Part shown: piece after piece, positions 40,286 through 49,200 of the stretch | Layout: each line of letters begins with the position of its first letter | Position numbering within the stretch: position 1 is the first letter of the stretch | DNA from: an uncultured Acidobacteriaceae bacterium | Lineage (GTDB): Bacteria > Acidobacteriota > Terriglobia > Bryobacterales > Bryobacteraceae | Length of the DNA stretch: 64,000 nt | Reading direction: 5' to 3' | Assembly: GCA_963722935.1 (NCBI GenBank) | Contig: CAVROY010000004.1 | Coordinates: 1,147,495 to 1,211,494 of the forward strand | Program-made: the position numbers and the translations under genes | Notes under the pieces: generated by a model | What the model was told of the DNA's origin: nothing | The model's database searches: none | What the model saw: only the letters and a program-made list of their open reading frames with translations

Positions 40286-43200
40286 CTAGGAAACAGCCGG
40301 GGCTGGCAATTCCGCTGCGATTCGCTCCATCGTGAACGCTTCGAAAACGTCACCCACCTGAACGCCATTGAAGTTGCTCAGCGAAATTCCACATTCGAGA
40401 CCGTTCTTCACTTCGCTGGCGTCGTTCTTGAACCGCTTTAATGAATCGATGCGGCCGGTATGGACGACCTCGCCGCCGCGCAACACGCGAATTTGATTAT
40501 CGCGGCGAATCACGCCGTCGGAAACATAGCAGCCGGCGACGGTGCCGACCTTGCTGATTCGGAACGTGTCGCGGACTTCCGCATGACCGAGTATGGTTTG
40601 CCGGTAAACCGGTTCCAACAGACCCGTCATGGCGAGCTTCACCTCGTCCATCAACTCGTAGATGATGCTGTGAAGGCGGATCTCGATCTTCTGCTGGTCG
40701 GCAAGAGCCTGGGCGCTGCGCTCCGGGCGAGCGTTGAATCCGACTACCAATGCATCGGAAGCGGAAGCGAGCAGCACATCGTCTTCGGTGATCGCTCCGA
40801 CGCCCGCGCGAAGCACGCGAACACGAACTTTTTCGTTGGAAAGCGCCTGCAGGGTATCCGAGAGCACCTCCGCGGTACCGCCGACGTCCGCTTTGATAAT
40901 GAGATTGAGGTCCTTCAACTCGCCTTCTTTGAACTGGCGATGCAAAGAATCGAGTGTCGCGACGCGAGCGCCTCTTGCCATGGCCGCATCGCGCGCCTTA
41001 GACTCGCGATACATGACAATCTGCTTGGCCTTGGAGGTATCGGAGACCACCTGGAAGCCATCGCCTACTTCAGGCAGGCTTTCCAGGCCAATCACCTCGA
41101 CCGGCATAGAAGGTTCGGCGTCTTTGGCGGGGTTTCCGCGGTCGTCGAACATAGCCCGCACCTTGTTGAACAGCGCTCCGCAGATGAAGAAATCCCCCAC
41201 GTGCAGCGTTCCATTCCTCACCAGCATGGTGGCCACGGGGCCGCGGCCTTTGTCGAGTTTTGCTTCGAGAACGGTTCCCAGGGCGGGACGGTTCGGGGTT
41301 GCTTTCAGCTCGAGCAGATCCGCCATCAGCAGAATCATTTCGAGCAACAGATCCAGATTCTGACCCGTCTTGGCTGAGACCGGGACCGTGACAACCTCGC
41401 CGCCCCAATCTTCGGCCAGTAGTCCGCGATCGGCGAGTTGTTGCTTCACCCGTTCGGGCTGGGCATCCGCCTTGTCGATTTTATTGATAGCCACCAGAAT
41501 GGGCACGTTGGCGGCTCGGGCATGATCAATCGCCTCCAAGGTCTGGGGCATGACCCCGTCATCGGCAGAGACGACCAGCACGACGATATCGGTGACTTTC
41601 GCACCGCGGGCACGCATGCGTGTAAACGCCTGGTGACCGGGTGTGTCGATAAAAACGATTTTGCGGCCATTCTTTTCGACGTGGTAAGCGCCAATGTGCT
41701 GCGTTATGCCGCCAGCCTCGCGGGCGGCCACATTGGTCTGGCGGATGGCATCGAGCAGAGAGGTTTTTCCGTGATCGACGTGACCCATGATGGTGACCAC
41801 GGGAGCGCGCTTGACCTGACCCTGCGTTTCTTCGGCGAGCTCGAGTTCCTGGGTGGTCTCTTCTTCGTAGCTGACCTGGTTGGTCGAAGCGCCGAACTCG
41901 CGCGCCAACTCCTCAGCTAATTTCACATCGAGAGTCTGGTTGATCGTCGCGAAAACCTTTTTCGTATCGACCAGCTTCTTGATAACAAGGTTCGCCTTGA
42001 CACCGAGCTTTTCAGAAAGCTCTTTGACGGTTACGCCTTCGGCGACGGTGATTTCGCGATCGATGGGCGGCGGTTCGAGGATGGCCTGGCGTTTGGCGAC
42101 ACGCTCGCGGAGCCGTCCCTCTTCGACGTCTTCGCGCTTGCGAAGTCCACCTCTGGCGAGCGGTTTGGCCTGATGGCGCCTTTGCTGCTCACCGGCCGGC
42201 AGTATCGCGGGCTCGGGACGCAGGGTGGTCGGATGCATCGGGCGCAAGCCGGGACGCCTCTGGCCGGGCAGCGTGGGTACTCCCGGACCGCGCATCAGCG
42301 GCTGACCCGGTCGAATCGGGCCACGATAAAGGGGTTGGCCTGGAGCCGCAACTGGTCTGCCAGGAGCGGCTGGGCGCGGGGCTGTCGGTGCTCCGGGCGC
42401 GGGACGAGCCTGCTGTTTCAGGCGCTGCACTAAATCCGGACGTGGCGGCACGACGGGACGTGCCGCTGGTTGATTCGCAATACCGGGTCGTGCACCGGCC
42501 GGGCGGGGCGCGATCGGCGCACCCGGAGTAAGTCCGGGACGTGGTGCGGCCGGACGGGGCGGAATCGGGGCTCCTGGCGTCGCGGGACCGGTGGGACCCG
42601 GCGCCACCATGTGAGTGGGCGGCAGAGGACTTCTCGGTTGCGGGGGCGCAGCAGGAGCGGACTGGGGTTCTGCGGAGGCCTCCATGGGCTGAGTAACGCG
42701 AGAAGGACGAGGCGGAATCGGTACCGTTGGACGCGGCGTTTCGGCGGGAAGTGGCTGTCTGGGGCCACTAGGCGGCGCAATGGGCGCGCCGGGACCAACT
42801 CTCGGCCCCTGCTGCGGCAGCGGACGCGCTGGAATGGCAACACCGCGAGAACCGGCCGGTTGTGCGAGCGGTGGATGAAGAGCGCTTCCTTTACCCAACG
42901 GCGGACGCAATGGATGGAATTTTGGAATCGCGCGCTCTGCCTCGTCCGCAGTTTCTATGGAAGAGGCAGCTACGGGAGCCTGGACCTCCGACGGGGCCGC
43001 GGGTGCGCTTTCGGTTCTTGCCTGTAAGTCGGATGAAGCGACCCGAGGCTCTGTCGGCGCAGGAGCGGAAGTAACGGCATCCTGCGGAGGAGGTTGCTGT
43101 GGGCGCGGAGTTCTGGGCTCGTACGGGACTTCCTCCGGCAGTTCACTAACCGCCGTGGCGCCATCATGCTGCGCAGCGGCGCTGGAAGGTTCATGGATGT

Positions 43201-43399
43201 AGCCGTTGGAGGCTTCCGCGCCGTCACCGGGTACACCAGTACCCATCAGACGCTGTCGTAGGACGATTGCGACGTCTTCGTCAATCGAGCTCGAATGCGT
43301 CTTCTTCTCTTGCACGCCCAATTCCGGCAGCATGTCCAGAATGACGCCGGGCTTCACTTCCAATTCGCGCGCCAGCTCATTAATTCGAATTTTCTTCAT
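40286..43399 (-). CDS. infB: translation initiation factor IF-2
   Basis: The N-terminus is [15 protein letters not shown]. The G domain contains [22 protein letters not shown] and NKID. Domains follow through to the C-terminus. A very long Pro/Ala-rich linker lies after the N-domain. Confidence 0.95.
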   Translation of the reverse strand: MKKIRINELARELEVKPGVILDMLPELGVQEKKTHSSSIDEDVAIVLRQRLMGTGVPGDGAEASNGYIHEPSSAAAQHDGATAVSELPEEVPYEPRTPRPQQPPPQDAVTSAPAPTEPRVASSDLQARTESAPAAPSEVQAPVAASSIETADEAERAIPKFHPLRPPLGKGSALHPPLAQPAGSRGVAIPARPLPQQGPRVGPGAPIAPPSGPRQPLPAETPRPTVPIPPRPSRVTQPMEASAEPQSAPAAPPQPRSPLPPTHMVAPGPTGPATPGAPIPPRPAAPRPGLTPGAPIAPRPAGARPGIANQPAARPVVPPRPDLVQRLKQQARPAPGAPTAPRPAAPGRPVAAPGQPLYRGPIRPGQPLMRGPGVPTLPGQRRPGLRPMHPTTLRPEPAILPAGEQQRRHQAKPLARGGLRKREDVEEGRLRERVAKRQAILEPPPIDREITVAEGVTVKELSEKLGVKANLVIKKLVDTKKVFATINQTLDVKLAEELAREFGASTNQVSYEEETTQELELAEETQGQVKRAPVVTIMGHVDHGKTSLLDAIRQTNVAAREAGGITQHIGAYHVEKNGRKIVFIDTPGHQAFTRMRARGAKVTDIVVLVVSADDGVMPQTLEAIDHARAANVPILVAINKIDKADAQPERVKQQLADRGLLAEDWGGEVVTVPVSAKTGQNLDLLLEMILLMADLLELKATPNRPALGTVLEAKLDKGRGPVATMLVRNGTLHVGDFFICGALFNKVRAMFDDRGNPAKDAEPSMPVEVIGLESLPEVGDGFQVVSDTSKAKQIVMYRESKARDAAMARGARVATLDSLHRQFKEGELKDLNLIIKADVGGTAEVLSDTLQALSNEKVRVRVLRAGVGAITEDDVLLASASDALVVGFNARPERSAQALADQQKIEIRLHSIIYELMDEVKLAMTGLLEPVYRQTILGHAEVRDTFRISKVGTVAGCYVSDGVIRRDNQIRVLRGGEVVHTGRIDSLKRFKNDASEVKNGLECGISLSNFNGVQVGDVFEAFTMERIAAELPAPAVS

Positions 43400-43436
43400 A
43401 GAAGGGACTGCTAATAACTCCTTACACCACTGCTAC

Positions 43437-45032
43437 TTAGGTGTTCGCCCCGGGTTTTTCTATGGTACCAGACTCGCCGGTTTCCTTATCTTCACCCGAT
43501 CCAACCATTTCCCGCAAACTGGAGGGGGCGCCGGATAAACCTTCTACCCGCCCCAGATCGAGCACTTCACCTTCGTCGGTTTCTTCGAGAAGTGCGGCGT
43601 CATGGCGGGCAATATCCTGCTCCAATACCCCTGTTTCGATGTTTTCAAATGCTCCCGGGTTGTCGGCATAATCAACACCTTCCGGATTTTCCACCGGTCC
43701 CGGGTTGGCATCAATCGCCGCTTCGATTTCTTCGGGTTCCACGGGAACAACTTCGTCCTGGGCTTCTTCGTACTGGCCGTAAAACGACACGATAGACGAC
43801 TGAATCTGCCTCACGATAGACTCGTCGATGCCTGGTATGGCTTCCAATTCTTCGGGGGTCATAGAGCCAAGCCGTTCGACTGTGCCTATTCCCGCAGAGA
43901 CCAGTTTTTCCACCATCGCCTCGTCCATTCCGTGATCGAGGAGAACCGACACCGGCGCACCGGAGATGACCATGTCCGCCATCCGGGATTCCAATTCCCG
44001 GCGTTTTTCTTCTTCGCTCTTGATGTCGATCTTCCAGCCCATCAGTTTAGCCGCCAAGCGGACGTTCTGGCCGCGCTTTCCTATGGCCAGCGAGAGTTGT
44101 AGATCGTCGACGACCACTTCCATCTGCTTTTCGGCGCTATCCATAATCGTGACGCGCGATATTTTGGCCGGGCTGAGCGCTTTGGTGACGTACTGAACCG
44201 GGTCGTCCGAATATTCGATGATGTCGATCTTTTCGCCTCGAAGTTCTCGAATGATGGATTGTACGCGCATGCCCTTCATGCCGACACACGCTCCTACGCA
44301 ATCCACATCCCGATCGCGGCTGAATACGGCGATTTTTGTACGTTCGCCGGCCTCGCGGGCACAGGCCTTAATCGATACCGTGCCGTCGTAGATTTCCGGA
44401 ACTTCCTGCTCGAAGAGGCGCATGACCAACTCCGGCGCAGCACGCGAAACGATGACGCCGGAGCTCTTGCCACCCCGCTCGATGCCCTTGATAACACACC
44501 GGACACGATCTCCCATGCTGAAGGTTTCGACGCGCGATTGCTCTTTTTTAGGAAGCCGGGCTTCGGTTTTGCCCATATCGACCATATAGTCGAGCGCCTC
44601 GACGCGCTTGATCGAGCAATTGACCAGCTCACCCTGGCGTCCCTGAAACTCGGTGAATACACTATCCCGCTCAGCTTCCCGAACCTTCTGCAGGATGACC
44701 TGCTTGGCGGTCTGGGCTGAAATGCGGCCCAGCGCGTCCGTTGGTTTGGGTTCCCGAATCTCGGCGCCCACTTCGGCATTCTTGTCGATCTTCTTTGCGG
44801 CCGGGAGACTGATCTGCTTCAAAGGATCGTCCACCGCGTCTACCACCTGCTTGACGCTGTAAATCTGGATATTTCCCGTGCTCTGGTCCAAGTCGGCGAT
44901 GAGATCTTCTTGCGAACGGAAGTGCTTGCGCGCCGCTGCGAGCATGGCGTCTTTGACGGCGTCCAGGACGATCTGGGGATCGATTCCCTTCTCTTTGCTC
45001 AATATCTCGATGGACTGATAGATGGAAGCCAC
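43437..45032 (-). CDS. nusA: transcription termination/antitermination factor NusA
   Basis: The N-terminal domain, an S1 domain (GELVNCSIKRV), two KH domains (LAIGKRGQNVRLA) and one HhH/AR-like repeat are present. An acidic C-terminal tail of about 110 aa follows. Confidence 0.95.
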   Translation of the reverse strand: MASIYQSIEILSKEKGIDPQIVLDAVKDAMLAAARKHFRSQEDLIADLDQSTGNIQIYSVKQVVDAVDDPLKQISLPAAKKIDKNAEVGAEIREPKPTDALGRISAQTAKQVILQKVREAERDSVFTEFQGRQGELVNCSIKRVEALDYMVDMGKTEARLPKKEQSRVETFSMGDRVRCVIKGIERGGKSSGVIVSRAAPELVMRLFEQEVPEIYDGTVSIKACAREAGERTKIAVFSRDRDVDCVGACVGMKGMRVQSIIRELRGEKIDIIEYSDDPVQYVTKALSPAKISRVTIMDSAEKQMEVVVDDLQLSLAIGKRGQNVRLAAKLMGWKIDIKSEEEKRRELESRMADMVISGAPVSVLLDHGMDEAMVEKLVSAGIGTVERLGSMTPEELEAIPGIDESIVRQIQSSIVSFYGQYEEAQDEVVPVEPEEIEAAIDANPGPVENPEGVDYADNPGAFENIETGVLEQDIARHDAALLEETDEGEVLDLGRVEGLSGAPSSLREMVGSGEDKETGESGTIEKPGANT

Positions 45033-45089
45033 GTAAAAACCTCAATAGACTCAAACTGGATCTCTATTACGAGCGAAGACCTGTGCGAC

Positions 45090-45566
45090 TTACCACTCGA
45101 ACTTCAACTTCGCTTTTTGCACCTGTTCAAGCGGAACCGGGACCAGGTGACCGGGTGCGGTTTCTACCTGGAGAGTTCCGCCGGCGAAATCGGCGAGTTT
45201 GCCTTCGAAGCTTGTCCGGCCTTCGATGGGTTCGCGAATCAGCAGGCGGACTTTCTGCCCGATGACGCGCTCGAAGTCACGCGGCCGCGAGAGCTTTCGC
45301 TCCACGCCCGGTGAACTGACCTCCAGCGTATAGCTGTCGCCCGGCATAGCGTCTTCTTCGTCGAGCAATTGGCTCAACCGTTGAGAAATCAATTCACAAT
45401 CGCCATGGGTGACGCCGCCCGGCTTGTCGATATAGACCCGCAGAAGACGAGCCTTCCCGGCGCCCCGCAACTCCAGCTCCGCAATTTCGATACCCGTACC
45501 CGCGGCGGCGCGCTCACCCAGTTGGTTGAGCTTCTCCAAAAGTCCGGATTGTTCTGCTGCGGGCAT
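45090..45566 (-). CDS. rimP: ribosome maturation factor RimP
   Basis: LLRVYIDKPGGVTHGDCELISQRLSQLLD and YTLEVSSPGVERKL are RimP signatures. The gene is first in the rimP-nusA-infB order. Confidence 0.9.
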   Translation of the reverse strand: MPAAEQSGLLEKLNQLGERAAAGTGIEIAELELRGAGKARLLRVYIDKPGGVTHGDCELISQRLSQLLDEEDAMPGDSYTLEVSSPGVERKLSRPRDFERVIGQKVRLLIREPIEGRTSFEGKLADFAGGTLQVETAPGHLVPVPLEQVQKAKLKFEW

Positions 45567-45581
45567 TCTTACTCGAATTGC

Positions 45582-45610
45582 AATAAAAAAGTGGGCTTTT
45601 CGCCCACTTT
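45582..45610 (-). terminator. intrinsic terminator hairpin, bidirectional in form, 16 nt upstream of the rimP start
   Basis: The minus-strand RNA would be AAAGUGGGC-GAAAA-GCCCACUUU followed by UUUAUU. This is a 9-bp stem (45588-45596 / 45602-45610) with a 5-nt loop. It lies about 70 nt downstream of the VOC gene stop. Confidence 0.65.
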
Positions 45611-45631
45611 CCGTTTCGATGCTACACCTCT

Positions 45632-45661
45632 ATTAAAGCACCGGGAGAGGTCATTCCGCAA
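45632..45661 (-). promoter_or_regulatory. candidate promoter upstream of the rimP-leader hairpin
   Basis: On the minus strand, TTGCGG (45661-45656), an 18-nt spacer and TTTAAT (45637-45632). The match is weak and to the consensus only. Confidence 0.2.
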
Positions 45662-45678
45662 ATTTTGAAGCTGTAGAA

Positions 45679-46470
45679 CTACCGATTGCGAGGCGTGGGC
45701 TGGAACAGCGCAAAAACCGCTCCTTGCGGGTCCTTGAGAATCGCCATTCGACCCACATTTTGTACATCCTGTGGGATTAGAAGTAATTCGGCTCCCCGGT
45801 CTTTTCCTTTCTGGGCGGACGGATCGCAACTCGATACCTGGAAATAGAGGAGCCAGTGGGGTGGAACCTGCGGATTCCGGAAAGCGGCCGGAGGGATGCC
45901 GCCAATGAATTCCTCGCCGCTTTTGATGTGAAGATAGCCGGAAGAATCATGTTCCGATTTGCTGACTTGCCAGCCGAATAATCCGCTGTAGAACTCAGCC
46001 GCCTTTTCCGCATCGGAGGTGCTCAGGTCGGCCCAACACACGGTCCCATCTACGCCCGTGATCCTGGTACCGATGTGGTTCTTCGGTTGCCAGACGGAGA
46101 AGACGGCCCCGGTGGGATCGGCAAGTACGGCCATCCGGCCAAATTCCATTACGTCGAAGGCCGGCGCGAAAATCTTGCCTCCAAGCTCAGCAGCGCGCCG
46201 GGCGGCTTCGTCCGCGCTCTGAACAGCCACATAGAGCATCCAGTGCGGCGGAACACCTTGCGAACGCTGGTCGGGACGCAACGTGTAAGCCGCGCCAACG
46301 TCGAGCCCCTCGAGCTTGAACATGGAATAGAAATCGGTGGGGCCCATGGGGAAGTCAGTCACCGACCAGCCAAACAGAGACGTGTAAAATTCCTTGGCGG
46401 CCACCTGATCTGTCGTGGCCAGTTCAAACCAGCAGAACGTACCGGGGGCATGTTTTTCCACAGTAGGCAT
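45679..46470 (-). CDS. VOC-family (glyoxalase/bleomycin-resistance fold) protein, two tandem domains
   Basis: Two repeats of the pattern F.W.EL.T.D...A..FY..LFGW.......Y......G....G occur (HAPGTFCWFELATTD... and GTVCWADLSTSD...). Confidence 0.8.
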   Translation of the reverse strand: MPTVEKHAPGTFCWFELATTDQVAAKEFYTSLFGWSVTDFPMGPTDFYSMFKLEGLDVGAAYTLRPDQRSQGVPPHWMLYVAVQSADEAARRAAELGGKIFAPAFDVMEFGRMAVLADPTGAVFSVWQPKNHIGTRITGVDGTVCWADLSTSDAEKAAEFYSGLFGWQVSKSEHDSSGYLHIKSGEEFIGGIPPAAFRNPQVPPHWLLYFQVSSCDPSAQKGKDRGAELLLIPQDVQNVGRMAILKDPQGAVFALFQPTPRNR

Positions 46471-46541
46471 GCAGAGAGTATATAAAGCTCCTGTTGCGCG
46501 TTAATGACTCAAAAGCGCGGAGCAGCAGCCCGTGGCGGAAG

Positions 46542-46990
46542 TCATAATCCCAGCCGCTGCAAGCGTTCGACCAGCTTACGTGTGACCTTGGGCTTGTCTT
46601 GCTGATCATAGTGGTCGGCCCCGAACTCTGTGTAGACGGTGCCGTCGCGAAGCACGTGAAAAAGAATCGTCAACAGTTCATGCGCTTGCCGCCGCTCTCG
46701 CGATTGCCTGGGCACACGGCGGCCCAACTGGCCAGATGATCGGCATCCTCAAACACGCTCATATCGGTTCCGATCTCGGCCAACACCGTCCAGGCCGTGA
46801 TCCGGTCAAAGCCCGGGATGGTATCGATCCGCCGCAGAACGTCCTCGTACCGGGCAACGCGCTTCTCAATCTCAGCCGTCAGTTCCACAATCCGCTGTTC
46901 TAATGCGTTCATCTGCTGGAGCAGACGCGCCAGTACGCTCCGCTGATTGCATGTTGTCCTCTCTGCCGCCGCGCGAAGGGACGCTGGTAC
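46542..46990 (-). mobile_element. IS110-family transposase remnant (C-terminal Transposase_20 region only, frameshifted and internally deleted)
   Basis: ...QRSVLARLLQQMNALEQRIVELTAEIEKRV...IDTIPGFDRITAWTVLAEIGTDMSVFEDADHLASWAAVCPGNRESGGKR then jumps, in another frame, to ...HELLTILFHVLRDGTVYTEFGADHYDQQDKPKVTRKLVERLQRLG. No N-terminal DEDD domain is found and no terminal repeats are identified. Confidence 0.7.
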
Positions 46991-47176
46991 AGAAAATCGT
47001 CAATCCTACACGTGTTCACCGCCGGCGGCGGGACAACAATTGCTACTTCCGCTAAAAACGCGTCCCCGGGCACATTCACAGCGGACTCTTAGGCGCCCAC
47101 GCGCGACCGGCCTTCGATTCGCTGGGGCGACCTTATCAGTTTCCTCCATGCTCGCGCCATTTTTCATTCCCGCCAC

Positions 47177-47200
47177 TGCGCGACCCCGCAGGGTCGCGCA
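47177..47200. repeat. perfect 10-bp inverted repeat TGCGCGACCC-cgca-GGGTCGCGCA (hairpin, function unknown)
   Basis: Read directly from the sequence. It lies in the non-coding stretch between the IS110 remnant and the orphan gene. Confidence 0.6.
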
Positions 47201-47276
47201 ATCGTGTTCACCAAAGTTCGAAAAACCCGATCTCCTGCCCCTGCTCCCACTTAGCGGGACCCGATAAGCATTTCTC

Positions 47277-47302
47277 AGTTCTTAGTCCTTTAACTAAGAA
47301 CT
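47277..47302 (+). promoter_or_regulatory. perfect 10-bp AT-rich inverted repeat AGTTCTTAGT-ccttta-ACTAAGAACT abutting the ATG at 47303
   Basis: Read directly from the sequence. The 3' arm ends at the nucleotide before the start codon, so the hairpin or operator covers the whole ribosome-binding region. Confidence 0.4.
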
Positions 47303-47944
47303 ATGGCTTCTAAATCTCAGCTCGCAGCCAACCGCGCCAACGCGCAAAAAAGTACCGGGCCCCGCACCGAAACAGGCCAGGAAAAGGTCTCCCAAAACGG
47401 CCGCAAGCACGGTCTTTGCGGCACCTTCAAAGTGCTCTCATGTGAAAGCCAGCCCGAGTATAACGACCTGCTGGAGCGCTATATGCAAGCCGAACAGCCG
47501 GCTGACGATGTGGAACGCGAGCTGGTCGCCAAAATGGTCCGCCACACCTGGACGTCGGACCGCGCCGTTCGTCTCCAGGAAGCCTGCTTCCTGGTCCAGC
47601 CGCGCACGGACGAAAATATCGCCAAGGGCCAAGAAGGAATCTGCGTGCGCGCCGATATCGATCTCTATATCCGCTATCAGACGGCCCAGGATCGGGCCTA
47701 TCAGCGCGCCGCCAGTGAGCTGGCAAAGAGAAGGAAAGAAAGGCGGCAAGCCGAGATTGGCTTTGCTTCGCAGAAACGGGCTCAGGCCCAGGAAGAACGT
47801 CGTCAGGAACAGCACGCGCAACGCAACGAGCTCCATCCCTACAAGGTGGTTACAGCGGAAGTTCGCCTCCAGGAGCAAAAAGAACGATACTTCGCCGCCA
47901 ATTCCACCGTGCAGGCCCCCGACACGGCCCCAATCGCCGCCTGA
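47303..47944 (+). CDS. hypothetical protein (basic, predicted helical; N-terminal NRANAQKSTGPRT motif)
   Basis: It is a 213-aa ORF with a coding-like composition. The N-terminus is MASKSQLAANRANAQKSTGPRTETGQEKVSQNGRKHGL. The C-terminal half is charged and coiled-coil-like (KRRKERRQAEIGFASQKRAQAQEERRQEQHAQRNE). I cannot assign a family. Confidence 0.55.
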   Translation: MASKSQLAANRANAQKSTGPRTETGQEKVSQNGRKHGLCGTFKVLSCESQPEYNDLLERYMQAEQPADDVERELVAKMVRHTWTSDRAVRLQEACFLVQPRTDENIAKGQEGICVRADIDLYIRYQTAQDRAYQRAASELAKRRKERRQAEIGFASQKRAQAQEERRQEQHAQRNELHPYKVVTAEVRLQEQKERYFAANSTVQAPDTAPIAA

Positions 47945-48037
47945 ATCCGGAACCAATTCGCTCGCTCGTGCGCAGCAACGCCACAAGTGCCTCACGACAG
48001 AGATGGGATGGGATGGGAGCGGGTTTTGCCCTGGCTG

Positions 48038-49069
48038 CTACGTGGTGGCCGTTTTGAAGGCCTGGCCGACGTGCAGAACGGCGGAAACGGCGCGGCTATA
48101 GTTCATCCGCATGGGCCCAAGCACGGCGACGTGCGCTTCGAGGCCGTTGGGCAGCATCAGACGAACGCCGATCAGAGATAGTTCACTCATGCTGGGATGA
48201 ACGTCGGCAAGTCCGACCTGGATCGAGAGCTCGCCATCGCCCTGCTCGAGAAAACGTTCCAGGAGCTGCAACACGCGCTTTTTCTCTTCAAGCGCCCGAA
48301 ACAAGTCGCGCATGCGCTCGCGTGTGAGGTGGAGATCGAGGCCGATCAGATATTCTGCGCCCTCGAAGTGCACCTCGGGCATCAACCCGAGATCGAACAA
48401 ACCATTCGAATAGAACAGCCGCACGCGCCTGAGAATTGCATCGTACGTGGCGCTCTCGAGCTCCAGGCGGCGCTTCAATTCCCGATGGATATTGTGTAGA
48501 ACCCATCCGCCGAAATTGTAGTTAATGTAATTGCGGATGGAGACGAGTTCATCCTGAGAGATGTGATCGTCGATGGTGATCACCTTGTTTCGCACCAGAC
48601 GATCGCGCGTGACGACCACCATCAGGATGCGGCGGTCGGGCAGCGCGATGAGCTCCACCTGATGAAGACTCTGGTTCTCATTGGGAATCGCCGCGGCAAT
48701 ACCGAACGTACGAGTAATCTCGGTCAGAAGCTTCGACGAGCGCTCGATCCGCGCTTCCACGCCACCGGCTTTGAGAATCTCTGTCTGCAGCCGGTCCAGC
48801 TCGGCTTGCACCATCCGGTTGCCCACCAGCGTATTTGCATAACTTTGATAGGCGCGCTCAGTCGGGACTCGCCCGGCGGACGTGTGCGGCTGCGACAGAT
48901 AGCCCTGTTCCAATAAACAGGCCATCATGTTGCGAATCGAAGCCGAGCTCATCGGATACTTACGCGCGATGGTCTGGGAGGACACCGGCTCCCCGGTTTC
49001 TATGTAATTGTGAACGATGGCATGTAGGACGTCGAAGTGACGCGGGGTCAGCGTTCCGAGAGGATTCAT
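48038..49069 (-). CDS. hrcA: heat-inducible transcriptional repressor HrcA
   Basis: The winged-helix N-terminus is LTPRHFDVLHAIVHNYIETGEPVSSQTIA...MSSASIRNMMACLLEQGYLSQPHTSAGRVPT. Length and the C-terminal pattern (VAVLGPMRMNYS) also fit. Confidence 0.9.
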   Translation of the reverse strand: MNPLGTLTPRHFDVLHAIVHNYIETGEPVSSQTIARKYPMSSASIRNMMACLLEQGYLSQPHTSAGRVPTERAYQSYANTLVGNRMVQAELDRLQTEILKAGGVEARIERSSKLLTEITRTFGIAAAIPNENQSLHQVELIALPDRRILMVVVTRDRLVRNKVITIDDHISQDELVSIRNYINYNFGGWVLHNIHRELKRRLELESATYDAILRRVRLFYSNGLFDLGLMPEVHFEGAEYLIGLDLHLTRERMRDLFRALEEKKRVLQLLERFLEQGDGELSIQVGLADVHPSMSELSLIGVRLMLPNGLEAHVAVLGPMRMNYSRAVSAVLHVGQAFKTATT

Positions 49070-49138
49070 CTGTTTATCAACGGATAGAATCTACGCTACT
49101 TCCTGCGGATGTGAACGTTAGAGACAAACCTCGACCTA

Positions 49139-49167
49139 ACTATAAAGGGTGCAGCATTAGTGCTCAA
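49139..49167 (-). promoter_or_regulatory. candidate sigma70-type promoter for hrcA
   Basis: On the minus strand, TTGAGC (49167-49162), a 17-nt spacer and TATAGT (49144-49139), about 70 nt upstream of the hrcA ATG. The match is to the consensus only. Confidence 0.3.
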
Positions 49168-49200
49168 TTGTCAATACACCGTTAACAGCGGGCTAAGGTG

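Noticed and set aside
46947-47267. The 106-aa plus-strand ORF in the IS110-flanking region.
   Set aside because: It has an Arg/Pro/Ala/Ser-rich low-complexity sequence, no RBS and no motif. It lies in what appears to be degraded IS or non-coding DNA.
49157-49165. CIRCE operator upstream of hrcA (TTAGTGCTC).
   Set aside because: Only one half-site-like 9-mer is present. The sequence 9 nt away on either side does not form the inverted partner GAGCACTAA or GAGTGCTAA.
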